This document shows positions 33,280-42,449 of a DNA stretch of 64,000 bases, in pieces. The DNA is from Pelagomonas calceolata. Lineage: Eukaryota. A program made the translations under genes and the position numbers. Below the pieces are notes generated by a model, which was given only the letters and a program-made list of their open reading frames with translations, was not told the DNA's origin and ran no database searches. Position 1 is the first letter of the stretch; every line of letters starts with the position of its first letter. The stretch spans positions 4,650,001 to 4,714,000 of the forward strand of contig CAKKNE010000001.1 of the NCBI GenBank assembly GCA_918797485.1. Reading direction: 5' to 3'.

Positions 33280-33544
33280 ATTTCCCTACTTTTCTCTTCT
33301 GCGGCGACGCAGCGGCGTGGCGCGTCGATTGCGTGCGACCTCAACGCACCGCCCCGACATCACTCCACGCCGTCGCCGCGGCCGGGAAGCGACGCGAAAG
33401 CAGCACGCCGTCGCCGTGATGCGCAGGACGCCGCGCGCAATCCGCTCTGTCACGGAAACGACTCCTAGTCCACCAGATCTGAGGATACCACGGCACCGCC
33501 GCGACGCCGCCGACGCGATCAACAGAAAGTGAACAAAAGTAAAC

Positions 33545-34549
33545 TTACCTCCTCCGCCCCATCCGCGGGTGCCACGGCGACGCGATCGTCCGCATGAGTT
33601 CCTTCCGCAAGTCCAACATGTCGCCCAGGACGCGGCCGTGCTGCTCGCTCTCGGCCATGGTGCTCACCTCGGGGCCGCCCACGAGGTCCGACTCGAGCGT
33701 GATTAGCTCCTTCTTGAGCTTCTCTCTCCGCCTGCGTGTATCGAGAGCGTCGACGCGGCGTAGCGCGGTGACGGCGGGCGGTGCACGCCATCGCCGCGTG
33801 GAGGTCCGCGGGGCGTGGCGTACGTCTCGCGCAAACGAAAAACACAAGACGCGGGAAACGAACCGGGTCCGGACCTTCTTCGACAGGAGGTTCGACGAGG
33901 GCGTGGGAAACAGGTACGTGCCGTTCGGCGCGTAGGGCGCGCGCCGCACGTGGCCGTGCGAGGGCAGCCACGGCGTCCGGAGCGTCCGGCGCGTCCGCTC
34001 GACGCGGCGCCTTCGCCGCATCTCGGCGAGCGAGACCTGGTTCGGCGCCACGACGGGGTTCATCATGCTCAGCTCCGCGGCGGGCGGCGCCTCGGCGACG
34101 GGCCCCGGCCGCGCGTTGATGTCGACGCCGTGGACGAGGACCTTCGCGGGCGCGTTGAAGCGCCACTCGTAGTCGAACTTGCGCGGCGGCGGCATGGCCC
34201 AGATCTTCGACGGGTCCGGCACGTCCTCCGGCTCGTCGTCGCTCGACAGGACGCTGCCGGCCGTGCCGGGCGTGAAGCGCACGCTCTTGTTGGACTTGGG
34301 CCGCCGCTCGCCCTTGGACAGCGGCGGCAGCAGCGCGGACCGCGGCTTCAGCGGCGACCGGCGCTTCGGCGGCGACGGCGCGGCGCGCAGCGGCGACTTG
34401 AGCGGCGACTGGGGCCCCGGCGTCGAGACGTGGTGCTCGGTCGACGCGGCGCCCACGTACTCGTCGAGGGTGAGGCCCTCGTCGACGCCGCAAAAGGCCA
34501 GCGCCGGCGCGCCGCGGCGCTTGCCGCCCTTGCCGCGGCGGCCGCCCAT
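33545..34549 (-). CDS. Hypothetical Pro/Ser-rich protein, probable intron ~33732-33870
   Basis: ORF from MGGRRGKGGK with GC3 bias; introner-like segment ending ACACGCAG; exact structure uncertain. Confidence 0.55.
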   Translation of the reverse strand: MGGRRGKGGKRRGAPALAFCGVDEGLTLDEYVGAASTEHHVSTPGPQSPLKSPLRAAPSPPKRRSPLKPRSALLPPLSKGERRPKSNKSVRFTPGTAGSVLSSDDEPEDVPDPSKIWAMPPPRKFDYEWRFNAPAKVLVHGVDINARPGPVAEAPPAAELSMMNPVVAPNQVSLAEMRRRRRVERTRRTLRTPWLPSHGHVRRAPYAPNGTYLFPTPSSNLLSKKVRTRFVSRVLCFSFARDVRHAPRTSTRRWRAPPAVTALRRVDALDTRRRREKLKKELITLESDLVGGPEVSTMAESEQHGRVLGDMLDLRKELMRTIASPWHPRMGRRR

Positions 34550-34819
34550 CGTCTTGGGGTTTGCTGCTGTGCGTGGGCTGCCTCGCTCTCGCACCTGCAG
34601 CGCACTCTTGAGGCGCTGTTTGAGCAGGCGGGGGGTCCGCCGCCCTACGCGTGCGCGCTCGATAGTAGACCTCGTCGGAGCGCTCTCTGCCTCAATTCGA
34701 GAGCCCACGAAATTCGGACGAAGCGCGCTGCGCGATGAGGCTCAGCTCGACCAATGTGGCCCAAACTCCGGCAGGATGGTCGTCTCGTCGTCGCAGACAA
34801 AAAAAAATCAAAAAAAGAG

Positions 34820-34922
34820 TACAGTCTGCGGGATTCGAACCCGCGCCCGAAGACCAGTGCCTTAAACTGGCGCCTTAGACCACTCCGTTGGGACGTGGTT
34901 TCACACGTCTGGCCAAAACTGC
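34820..34922 (-). tRNA. tRNA-Leu(AAG) with 25-nt ectopic BHB intron at 12/13
   Basis: GCAGTTT TG GCC[intron 34886-34910]GAGTGGTCTAAGGC G CCAGT TTAAGGC ACTGG TCTTCGGGC GCGGG TTCGAAT CCCGC AGACTGT A, followed by T-runs. Confidence 0.93.
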
Positions 34923-35210
34923 ACTCAGGGGTCTTGCGACTCCTATTTTTTCGTAAGGACACCTGATTTCGCCGGCGGCAAGCTATCTAAATTGTTCATT
35001 TGCAAACCCCTAAATTTTTTGATTTGGCCCGCTAATTGCCCGATTTGACCGCAGCCAGGTCAATTCTCGACCTTCGAGCCCGAAACTCGCAAAAACCCAA
35101 ACTACGCAGCCCACAGCCACACCTCGCGAAGCCGGCTGCGAAACGAGCGCCGTCACGCGGAGATAAACGCAAAAAACGCGACCCTGGCTAGCAGGCCGCC
35201 TTGCGGCAGC

Positions 35211-36569
35211 ATGGCAGCAATCACCACTCGAAAAATCGAAGCCGTAGTCCACACGAAAATCGACGCCGCACGCCGAAGAACAGTCGCCAAAACAATAGCG
35301 CTAGACCGGCTGTCCGCGTTCCTCGGCGACGCCGCGCCGGCGCTCCAACCGCCCGCGCTGCCGTGGGTGGACCTGGAGATCCGCCCGGCGTTCCGCGAGC
35401 CCGTCGAGATCTGCGTCGACTGCCCCGAGAAGGCGACAAATGGCCCGGCGTTCAAGGTCCACTTGCCGCGTCTTGTGCGGCGCCTTCGTGGCTGGTCTCG
35501 TCTGCTCGATGGCGTCATCGGGACGACGTCGCGGCGATGGCGTCATCGGGACGACGTCGCGGCGATGGCGTCTAGCTCTCGTGATTCGTCTCGCGCCCTT
35601 GATGGCGACGCGTCGACTGGCGTTTCTCTGGACGTCATGTTTTGGATGAGAGAGTCACAGAGTCACGAAGTCGCAAAAACACAGGAGGCACGAAAAAAAC
35701 AGGAAAAAAACACACAGGTCCTGGTCCTGCTCGAGCCCGAGGAGGTCTCGCGGGCGGCGCAAAGAGCCAAACCAAACTACTTCGACCTCGTCCTCGGCCA
35801 CGACGCGGCCGCCGTCGCGGCGGCGCGCGGAAAAGCTTCGGCGCCCTTCGCGCACGGCGGCACGTGGGTGCCGCGCGACGTCTGGGCAGCGCCGCCGCGC
35901 AGCAAAGCGCCGAAGGCCTCGCTCGTCTGCGGCGCCCTGCCGCGTCCAAAGTACTACTCAGAGGGCCGCGGCCGTCCACGCCCGTGAGTCGCGGTGATGG
36001 CGTGGTGGCGTGGGGGTGGAGCCGCGGCCGTCCGACGCAAAAAACACGCAGGCGACAAAAAACTAACGCGCGGCCACCGTATCAGAAGAGCGGTCTGGGA
36101 CGCCGCCGCCGCGGACGCTAGAATCGTGCGCTTCGCCTCGGAACATTCAAAGCTACCACGTGATAAGGGAGTCCGCGTCCTCGCGGCCGCGCCCGAGGCC
36201 AAGGCTGGTAGTGTAGCGCCCTTCGCCGTCCACGTCGCTATTGAAAATGTGCGGCGCGCGGGCTACTTCACGGAGAAGCTCCTGGACTGCTTTTTATTGA
36301 GAACTGTACCCGTCTATTGGGGCTGCCCGGACCTCGCGGCGCACGGTTTTGATGTTGACGGCGTCGTGTTCATTGATGATGGCGGCGACGTCGCGGCCGT
36401 GGCGCGCGCCGCCGTCGCGGCCGTTGGGCGCGCCCTCGATGCGCCGCCTCCCGCCGCGGCGATCGAGCGCAACTACGCGCGCGCCCAGGACTTCCTCGAC
36501 CTCGAGGGCCGCCTCGTCGCCAGTATCGACGCGGCGCTCATAGCTAGAGAGCGTGATCTTTGTGTGTAA
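35211..36569 (+). CDS. Glycosyltransferase family 10 (alpha-1,3-fucosyltransferase-like)
   Basis: HVAIEN...YFTEKLLDCFLLRTVPVYWG; introns 35457-35717 (GT-AG) and 35932-36051 (GC-AG). Confidence 0.75.
35507..35572 (+). repeat. 28-bp tandem repeat inside an intron
   Basis: CGATGGCGTCATCGGGACGACGTCGCGG, about 2.4 copies. Confidence 0.85.
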
Positions 36570-36636
36570 GCCTAGTAGATGTGTGCGAGGTCCACCGTGG
36601 CGACGGCGCGCCAGTTGTAGGCTCCGCGAGGTTCGA

Positions 36637-36677
36637 CTCCGCGCGGTCGACGCGCTCGTGGCGCTCGTTGTAGGCCT
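36637..36677 (-). pseudogene. Short duplicated YJU2 exon fragment
   Basis: 31 bp (36647-36677) identical to 19467-19497; encodes AYNERHERVDRAE. Confidence 0.75.
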
Positions 36678-37159
36678 GCGCGGGGGGCGCGTCGATGGCG
36701 TCAAGGGGGTCCGGACATCTAGGGTGGTGTAAGACGCGACGCCATCGCCACGATAGACCAAGGACGAGCGACGCCACGGACGTCGGCGCGACTTTTGCAA
36801 AGACTACTCCGAGAGGTATCTAGGCGTCGCGACGCGTCCGCTGGCATGCGATAGCTGAGGAGGGTAAAATACAGGGACAGGGAAGGGGCTGGGCTAGAGC
36901 GGCGCAACGGCTCCGAGCCGTCGCCCGGAGCCCTAACGCACGCGGCGCGCCGCTGGAGGCGCGGGTCGCCGCGCAGCGCACATACTAGCCTCACGGGCCG
37001 CTACAGCTGCGCGTTGCCCCAACCAGTTCCCTGCCCCTACGCGGACGGGAGAGAGGAACGATGGCCGCCGGGCTGCCCGCGGAAGGCGCCGCGCACGCGC
37101 CAGCGATGGGCTAGTGAAAGGAAGCCCCACACCTAGGGAAAGAAGGTACCACTACTAAC

Positions 37160-40100
37160 ATGGCCGACGTCTTCAGCCTCGACAAGCTTTCCATCAAGAA
37201 GCTCAAGGCCCTCGCCGGGCGGAACAATGTCAGCTTGCGAGGCTGCTTCGAGAAGTCGGACATCATCAAAACTCTGCGTGACGCTGGCGTGAAGGAGCAC
37301 TCGGGGCCGCCGCCGGCGACGTCCTCGTCGAACGAGGCGACGCCGAGGCATGCCCAGCAGTACAACGCCACCGTGCCCGGCCAGGCGTACACGTCGGCCT
37401 ACTCTTCGCCGATGCCGTCCGCGAGGAAGCCGCGGTCGAAGGAGGCGGACCTGCAAGCTTTATCTATATCTCAGCTGAAGCGGGTCGCTCGAGAGCGTAG
37501 AATAGACACGTCGCACTGCTTCGAGAAGGCTGATCTCATAGCGGCGCTGCGGCCGCCGCCCCTGCCGCCGCCGACGGCCTCGTTGTTGCCGTGCGTGCGC
37601 GTGCTGCCTCGCGTGCGACCGGCGCCGCCGACCGGCGCGCCGCCGAAAACAACACCTAGAGCCGCGCCGCCGCCGCGCCGCGAGAACGGCAAACCCATCA
37701 CGCCGCCGCAGCGGCCCTCCTTCTCGAGCGGCTACGACGAGGTCTGGGACGTGCGTAGAGAAGGAGACAAGCTCACGCCGCGCATCAACACGCTGACGCG
37801 GCGCGACTCGTGGCGCGAGCGCGACCCCTACGCGTCTCCCTATAGACGGGACCCGTACCGGCGCGACCCGTACCGCGAACAGCCGAACAGCGCGAGGAGC
37901 GACCGCAGCGAGTCGTCGTCGTCGTCCTTACGACGGCCGAAGCCGCGGCGCGCCTCCGACGAGCTGCCGCCGCGGCGCGACCTGCCGTACCGCGACCGCG
38001 ACCCGTACCGACGCCCGGACCCGAGTCCGCGCGACCCGTATGCGCGCGACCGCGACCCGTACGCGCGTGACCGGGACCCGTACGCCCGGGACCGCGACCC
38101 GTATGCGCGGGACCGCGATCCGTACCGGGAGCGCGACCCGTACGCGCGCGACCGCGACCGAGACCCGTACGCGCGGCCGGCGTCGCGGGACCGGGACCCC
38201 TACGCACGGCCGCCGTCGTCGTCGCGGGACCGCGACCCGTATGCGCGGCCGCCGTCGTCGTCGCGGGACCGGGACCCCTACGCGCGGCCGACATCGTCGT
38301 CGCGGGACCGGGACCCGTACGCACGGCCGGCGTCACGGGAACATTCGCGGGACCGGGACCCGTACCGCCGCGACCGGCCGCGCATGCGGTCGCCGCCGCG
38401 CGAGTACGAGGGCGAGCTCGACCCGCGGTCCGGCACGGAGCGCTGGCGGCCCGTGCGCGACGAAGAGCGGCGGGGCGAGCTGAGCCCCATGGAGAAGGCC
38501 GAGGGCTGGGGCCGGTCGCGGCGCGACGGCAACGGTTCTCCCACGTTCGGACGGAAGGACTCGTGGCGCGACGCGCCCGACTCGGCTCGTTCTCGCAAGC
38601 TCGAAAGGAAGGAGTCGTGGCGGACGCGACGGCGGCCGTCGCGCGACTTCCTGGACGACGACGGCGACCAGTCGCCGATGGACCGCGCGGCGGCCTACGG
38701 TAGGGCGCAAAGAAGGGGAAATTTCGACGACCACCCCGACGCCCAGGGTCCTGGTCGGAGACCGCCGGGCGACGACCAGCCTAAATTGCGGCGGCCGCCG
38801 TCGTGGCGCTCGTCGGGCGGCGACGCGCCGTCCACGAAATCGCCCCCACCACTCGATCGCGTGCCGTCGTGGCGCAAGTCCCAGGACACGTCGCCGCCTA
38901 CCTTGCAACCGTTGGAACCGAAGAAGCGCAAAAGTCCGCCTCCTTTATGGGGGAAGAACTCTCCGAGAACTACGACGAAGTCGCCGCCACCGCTCTGGAC
39001 GGGGAAGAAGAGTCCGCCGCCGCTGTGGAAGACGAAGGAACCAGATAGACCGCCGCCGGCGTTTGATTCTGTAGGATTGGGCGGTGCTCCGGAACGCGCG
39101 CCGCCGCCCTGGAAGACCGACGACACGCCGTCGTCGTCTCAAAGAAGTGCCGCGGACGGCTCATCTAGAGCGCCGCCTTATGGGAGACGCCCAGCACCGT
39201 CGGACGACGACGACCCCTGGGCCGACCTGGAGCGCGAGGAGGCCGGCGAGCCCTGGGAGCCGCCGTCCTCGACCAAGATCCGCGTGAACGACTCGTCGCC
39301 ACCACCAGAACAGGGCTCGCCCATGTCGACGTGGCAAAAAGAAGCCGAGGTCGAGGACAAGGAACGTAGAAGGCGTAGAGCCGAGGACCAGCGGCGGGAG
39401 GCGGAGCGGTTGGAAGCGAAGAAGCGCGAGGAGGCCCAGGAGGCCGATCGTAGAAGGCGGGAAGAGGATCTGCGGTTAGCTGAAGAAAGACGTCGAGAGG
39501 AGGATGAAAGGCGTCAAGCAGCATTGAGGCTGGCCGAGGAACGCCGTAGGGAGGAGGAGCGGCTCATCGAGGAGGCCGCCGCCAAAAGAAAAGCCGAGGC
39601 CGAGGAGCGGCGCCGCGAGTTCGAGCGCCAGGAGGCGCTGCGGGCGCAGGAGGCCGAGAATGAGCTGAGGAAGGCCCGCGAGGCGGCCGAGGAGCGGCGC
39701 CGCCGCGAGGACGAAGAACGCGAGCGCGAGGCCCAGAAGCGGCGCGAGGAGCTGGCCGCGCGGCGGCGCGAGTTCGAGCGGCTGGAGGCCGAGGCCGAGG
39801 CAGCCCTCGCGGAGGAGCGCGCGGCGGCCGAGCGGCGGCGGCGCGAGGAGGACGCGGCGCACGAGCGCGAGATTCAGCGCCGGCGCGCCGCGCGCGAGGA
39901 GCAGCGCCGCGAACTCGAAGAAGAGGCGGCGCGCCAGCGCGAGGAGGACCAGCGCCTCGAGTTTGAAAGAGAGGAGGCCGCCGTCGCGCGGCGGCGCGAG
40001 GCCGACGCGGCGCGGCGCCGCGACTTCGAGCGCCAGGAGGAGGAGCGCCTCCGCGAGCAGTCGTACCAGCGGCGCGCCGACGACTGGCGCCGGTCGCCCG

Positions 40101-40498
40101 AGCCGCGCTGGGATGAGGGGATTGAGGCGGCGCCCGAGCCCGCGCCCGCGCGCGCGCCGGCGCCCGCCGCCGCCGAGCCCAAGTACGCGCCTCAGCGGCA
40201 GCGCGGCGACTCCGAGTCCAAGGAGCGCGCGCGCGAGACGACGTCCTGGTGGCGCCGCTCGAGCCGCGGGTCGTCGTACGACGAGCCGCGCGACCGCCAG
40301 CCCGCGGCGCGGTCGTCGTGGTGGCGCCGAGCGCGGCCGACGTACGACGGCGACGACTCGCCGACGGCGCGGCCCGAGCGGCGGCGGCGCGAGGACTCCT
40401 ACGACGGCCGCCGCCGCGACGAGCGCGACACGCCGTCGCCGCCGAAGGACTACCGAAGCGACTACCGCGCGGAACGGTCCTTCGAGGCGACGGGCTAG
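37160..40498 (+). CDS. Low-complexity protein: two SAP/ARMET_C-like motifs, RDRDPYA repeats, E/R-rich coiled coil
   Basis: LSIKKLKALA..CFEKSDII and LSISQLKRVA..CFEKADLI; 1112-aa open frame. Confidence 0.75.
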   Translation: MADVFSLDKLSIKKLKALAGRNNVSLRGCFEKSDIIKTLRDAGVKEHSGPPPATSSSNEATPRHAQQYNATVPGQAYTSAYSSPMPSARKPRSKEADLQALSISQLKRVARERRIDTSHCFEKADLIAALRPPPLPPPTASLLPCVRVLPRVRPAPPTGAPPKTTPRAAPPPRRENGKPITPPQRPSFSSGYDEVWDVRREGDKLTPRINTLTRRDSWRERDPYASPYRRDPYRRDPYREQPNSARSDRSESSSSSLRRPKPRRASDELPPRRDLPYRDRDPYRRPDPSPRDPYARDRDPYARDRDPYARDRDPYARDRDPYRERDPYARDRDRDPYARPASRDRDPYARPPSSSRDRDPYARPPSSSRDRDPYARPTSSSRDRDPYARPASREHSRDRDPYRRDRPRMRSPPREYEGELDPRSGTERWRPVRDEERRGELSPMEKAEGWGRSRRDGNGSPTFGRKDSWRDAPDSARSRKLERKESWRTRRRPSRDFLDDDGDQSPMDRAAAYGRAQRRGNFDDHPDAQGPGRRPPGDDQPKLRRPPSWRSSGGDAPSTKSPPPLDRVPSWRKSQDTSPPTLQPLEPKKRKSPPPLWGKNSPRTTTKSPPPLWTGKKSPPPLWKTKEPDRPPPAFDSVGLGGAPERAPPPWKTDDTPSSSQRSAADGSSRAPPYGRRPAPSDDDDPWADLEREEAGEPWEPPSSTKIRVNDSSPPPEQGSPMSTWQKEAEVEDKERRRRRAEDQRREAERLEAKKREEAQEADRRRREEDLRLAEERRREEDERRQAALRLAEERRREEERLIEEAAAKRKAEAEERRREFERQEALRAQEAENELRKAREAAEERRRREDEEREREAQKRREELAARRREFERLEAEAEAALAEERAAAERRRREEDAAHEREIQRRRAAREEQRRELEEEAARQREEDQRLEFEREEAAVARRREADAARRRDFERQEEERLREQSYQRRADDWRRSPEPRWDEGIEAAPEPAPARAPAPAAAEPKYAPQRQRGDSESKERARETTSWWRRSSRGSSYDEPRDRQPAARSSWWRRARPTYDGDDSPTARPERRRREDSYDGRRRDERDTPSPPKDYRSDYRAERSFEATG
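37988..38371 (+). repeat. Coding tandem repeat (RDRDPYA / RPPSSSRDRDPYA)
   Basis: More than 10 copies of CGCGACCCGTAC-type units with synonymous variation. Confidence 0.85.
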
Positions 40499-40672
40499 CT
40501 ATCTTTGCGCGTGTATAAGGCGCTGTTTTGGCCAACTACTTTTGTCGGGGCGTTTCGCGGCTCGCGCTCAGTCTGCGCTCCGAGCGGGTCTTTATAAAAT
40601 GCCAGTGTGCATTCGATGGGGTATATTACCACGAAACGGGGCTGGCACGACGGGGGGATGGGGAGGGATGGC

Positions 40673-41970
40673 CTAGAGCGCGGCGCCGGCGTAGTAAAAC
40701 CGCATCGCGACGTTCTTCGTCGCGCCGGCCTTGTAGGCGTGGACCGCGCAGACGATGTCGTCGGCCTTGGTAATCACGCCGATCTCGGCCGCGTGCTTCG
40801 TGCCCTCGGCGACCATCTTGGATTCGTCGTCGCCGGCGGCGTTATTGTAGCCGTAGTTTGTGTACTGGGGCGTGTGCACCTGCGCGCAAATTGTGAGTCG
40901 GGGCGCGTCGATCGCGACATTTTGATTTATGCACCGGTGTGCACGGCCTGGCAGCCCGGGATGAGGGCCACGCACTGGCGCGCCACGTAGTCGAAGCACG
41001 TGACGACGATCACCGGCATGGGCAGCTTGTACTTCGAGAAGAGCTGGGCCGTCGCGCCCGTGCGCGCGAGCACGACGACGGCCTTAGCGCCAGCATCCAC
41101 CGCCGCTTGCACGCAGGCGGAGACCGTCGACTCGACGATGCCGAGCGTCTCGCCATGGCCGCGCACGGCGGCGTGGATAGCACCATAAGCCTTCTGGAAG
41201 TCGATCTCGGCCTCGGCCTCGACGCAGGTGCGGGCCATGATGGACACGGCCTCGCGGGGGAACTTGCCGCCGGCCGTCTCTCCACTCAACATGACGGCGT
41301 CGCAGCCGTCCAGCACGGCGTTCGCGACATCGGAACACTCGGCGCGCGTCGGCCGCGGGTTTGACGTCATCGACTCGAGCATCTGCGTCGCCACGATGAC
41401 GGGCGTGCCCGCTCTATTACAGGTGTCGATCATCATCTTTTGAGCTCTAAACACGCGCTCGGGCGGGATCTCCATGCCCAGGTCGCCGCGCGCGACCATG
41501 ACGGCGTCCGTCTCGTCCGCGATGGCCGCAAAGTTCTCCAGACCTTCTTGATTTTCAATTTTGGAGATGATCTGGATCTGCTGGCCGCCCGCCCCGTCGA
41601 GCGTCTTCCGGATCGTCTTCACATCATCAGCCGTCTGGACGAAGGACGCCGCGACATAATCTACTTTCTGCGGGCACGCGAACTCGACCAAGTCCTTCGT
41701 GTCCTTCTCTTGGAGGACTGGTAAGTCCACTTTCACGCCCGGTAAGTTCATGTTCTTGCGCTCGCCGATGGCGCAGTCGTTCATGACCGTGCAGGCCACC
41801 TCCTTGTCGTTCAGGACCTTCTGGACCTCCAACACGAGCGAGCCGTCCGCGACGAGGATCTGGTTGCCCGCGTGGACGCTCGTCGGCAGCTTGGCGTAGG
41901 TGCAGCCCAATTTTTCGCCCGTGGACTTGTGGTCGTAGTCCGTCGTCAGGATGAGCGTCGAGCCGTGCTT
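40673..41970 (-). pseudogene. PK: Pyruvate kinase lacking its N-terminus (5'-truncated, or exon not found)
   Basis: IGERKNMNLPG, IISKIENQEG, MVARGDLGMEIP, ATQMLESM, DAVMLSGETA; intron 40880-40944. Similarity stops near 41970. Confidence 0.75.
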
Positions 41971-42023
41971 ACTACGCGTATTCCTTTCTTCATCTACGAC
42001 GCTTCGATGAAGCCAAGTCGCTG

Positions 42024-42416
42024 TTGCGTACAAGGCTACTTGTGGCGCGACGCTCTCTTGGAGATAATAATAACACCACGCTCAAGATGAGGGCGATTTA
42101 CGCGGCGGCGCTTTACACGGACCCCGCCGCCCCCCTCGACGATCTCCACGAGGCCGTGACGACGCTCGAGGAGATTGGACGAACCATGCGGCGCATTTTC
42201 GGAAACGCGCATCCGGTCGTACTCGATGTAGAACAGCATTTGAAAAAGTCGCGGGCAGCGCTCCACGCCCGCGAATCCTGGTGCCCTTCTTCGGGCCACT
42301 TGGTTTGTGCCTTCGCGATCGTTTTTCTCGCCTGGATGTGTTGGAAGTTCGGTTGGGGCGCCATGGTTTTTACCTTCGTGGTCATCAATTTTGCCCCCTA
42401 CGTATTTCCCGAGTAA
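42024..42416 (+). pseudogene. C-terminal fragment of the MYND-TPR family with hydrophobic tail
   Basis: TTLKMRAIYAAALYTDPAAPLDDLHEAVTTLEE resembles LTLRMRWVYARALYQDPAATLDDLREAVATLED of 16425-17534; no N-terminal part. Confidence 0.6.
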
Positions 42417-42449
42417 GACTAGTATGAACACAAGTTAGCAACCAACAAA

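Noticed and set aside
37988..38371. Repeat array as CRISPR or satellite
   Set aside because: In-frame coding repeat with synonymous variation and no unique spacers.
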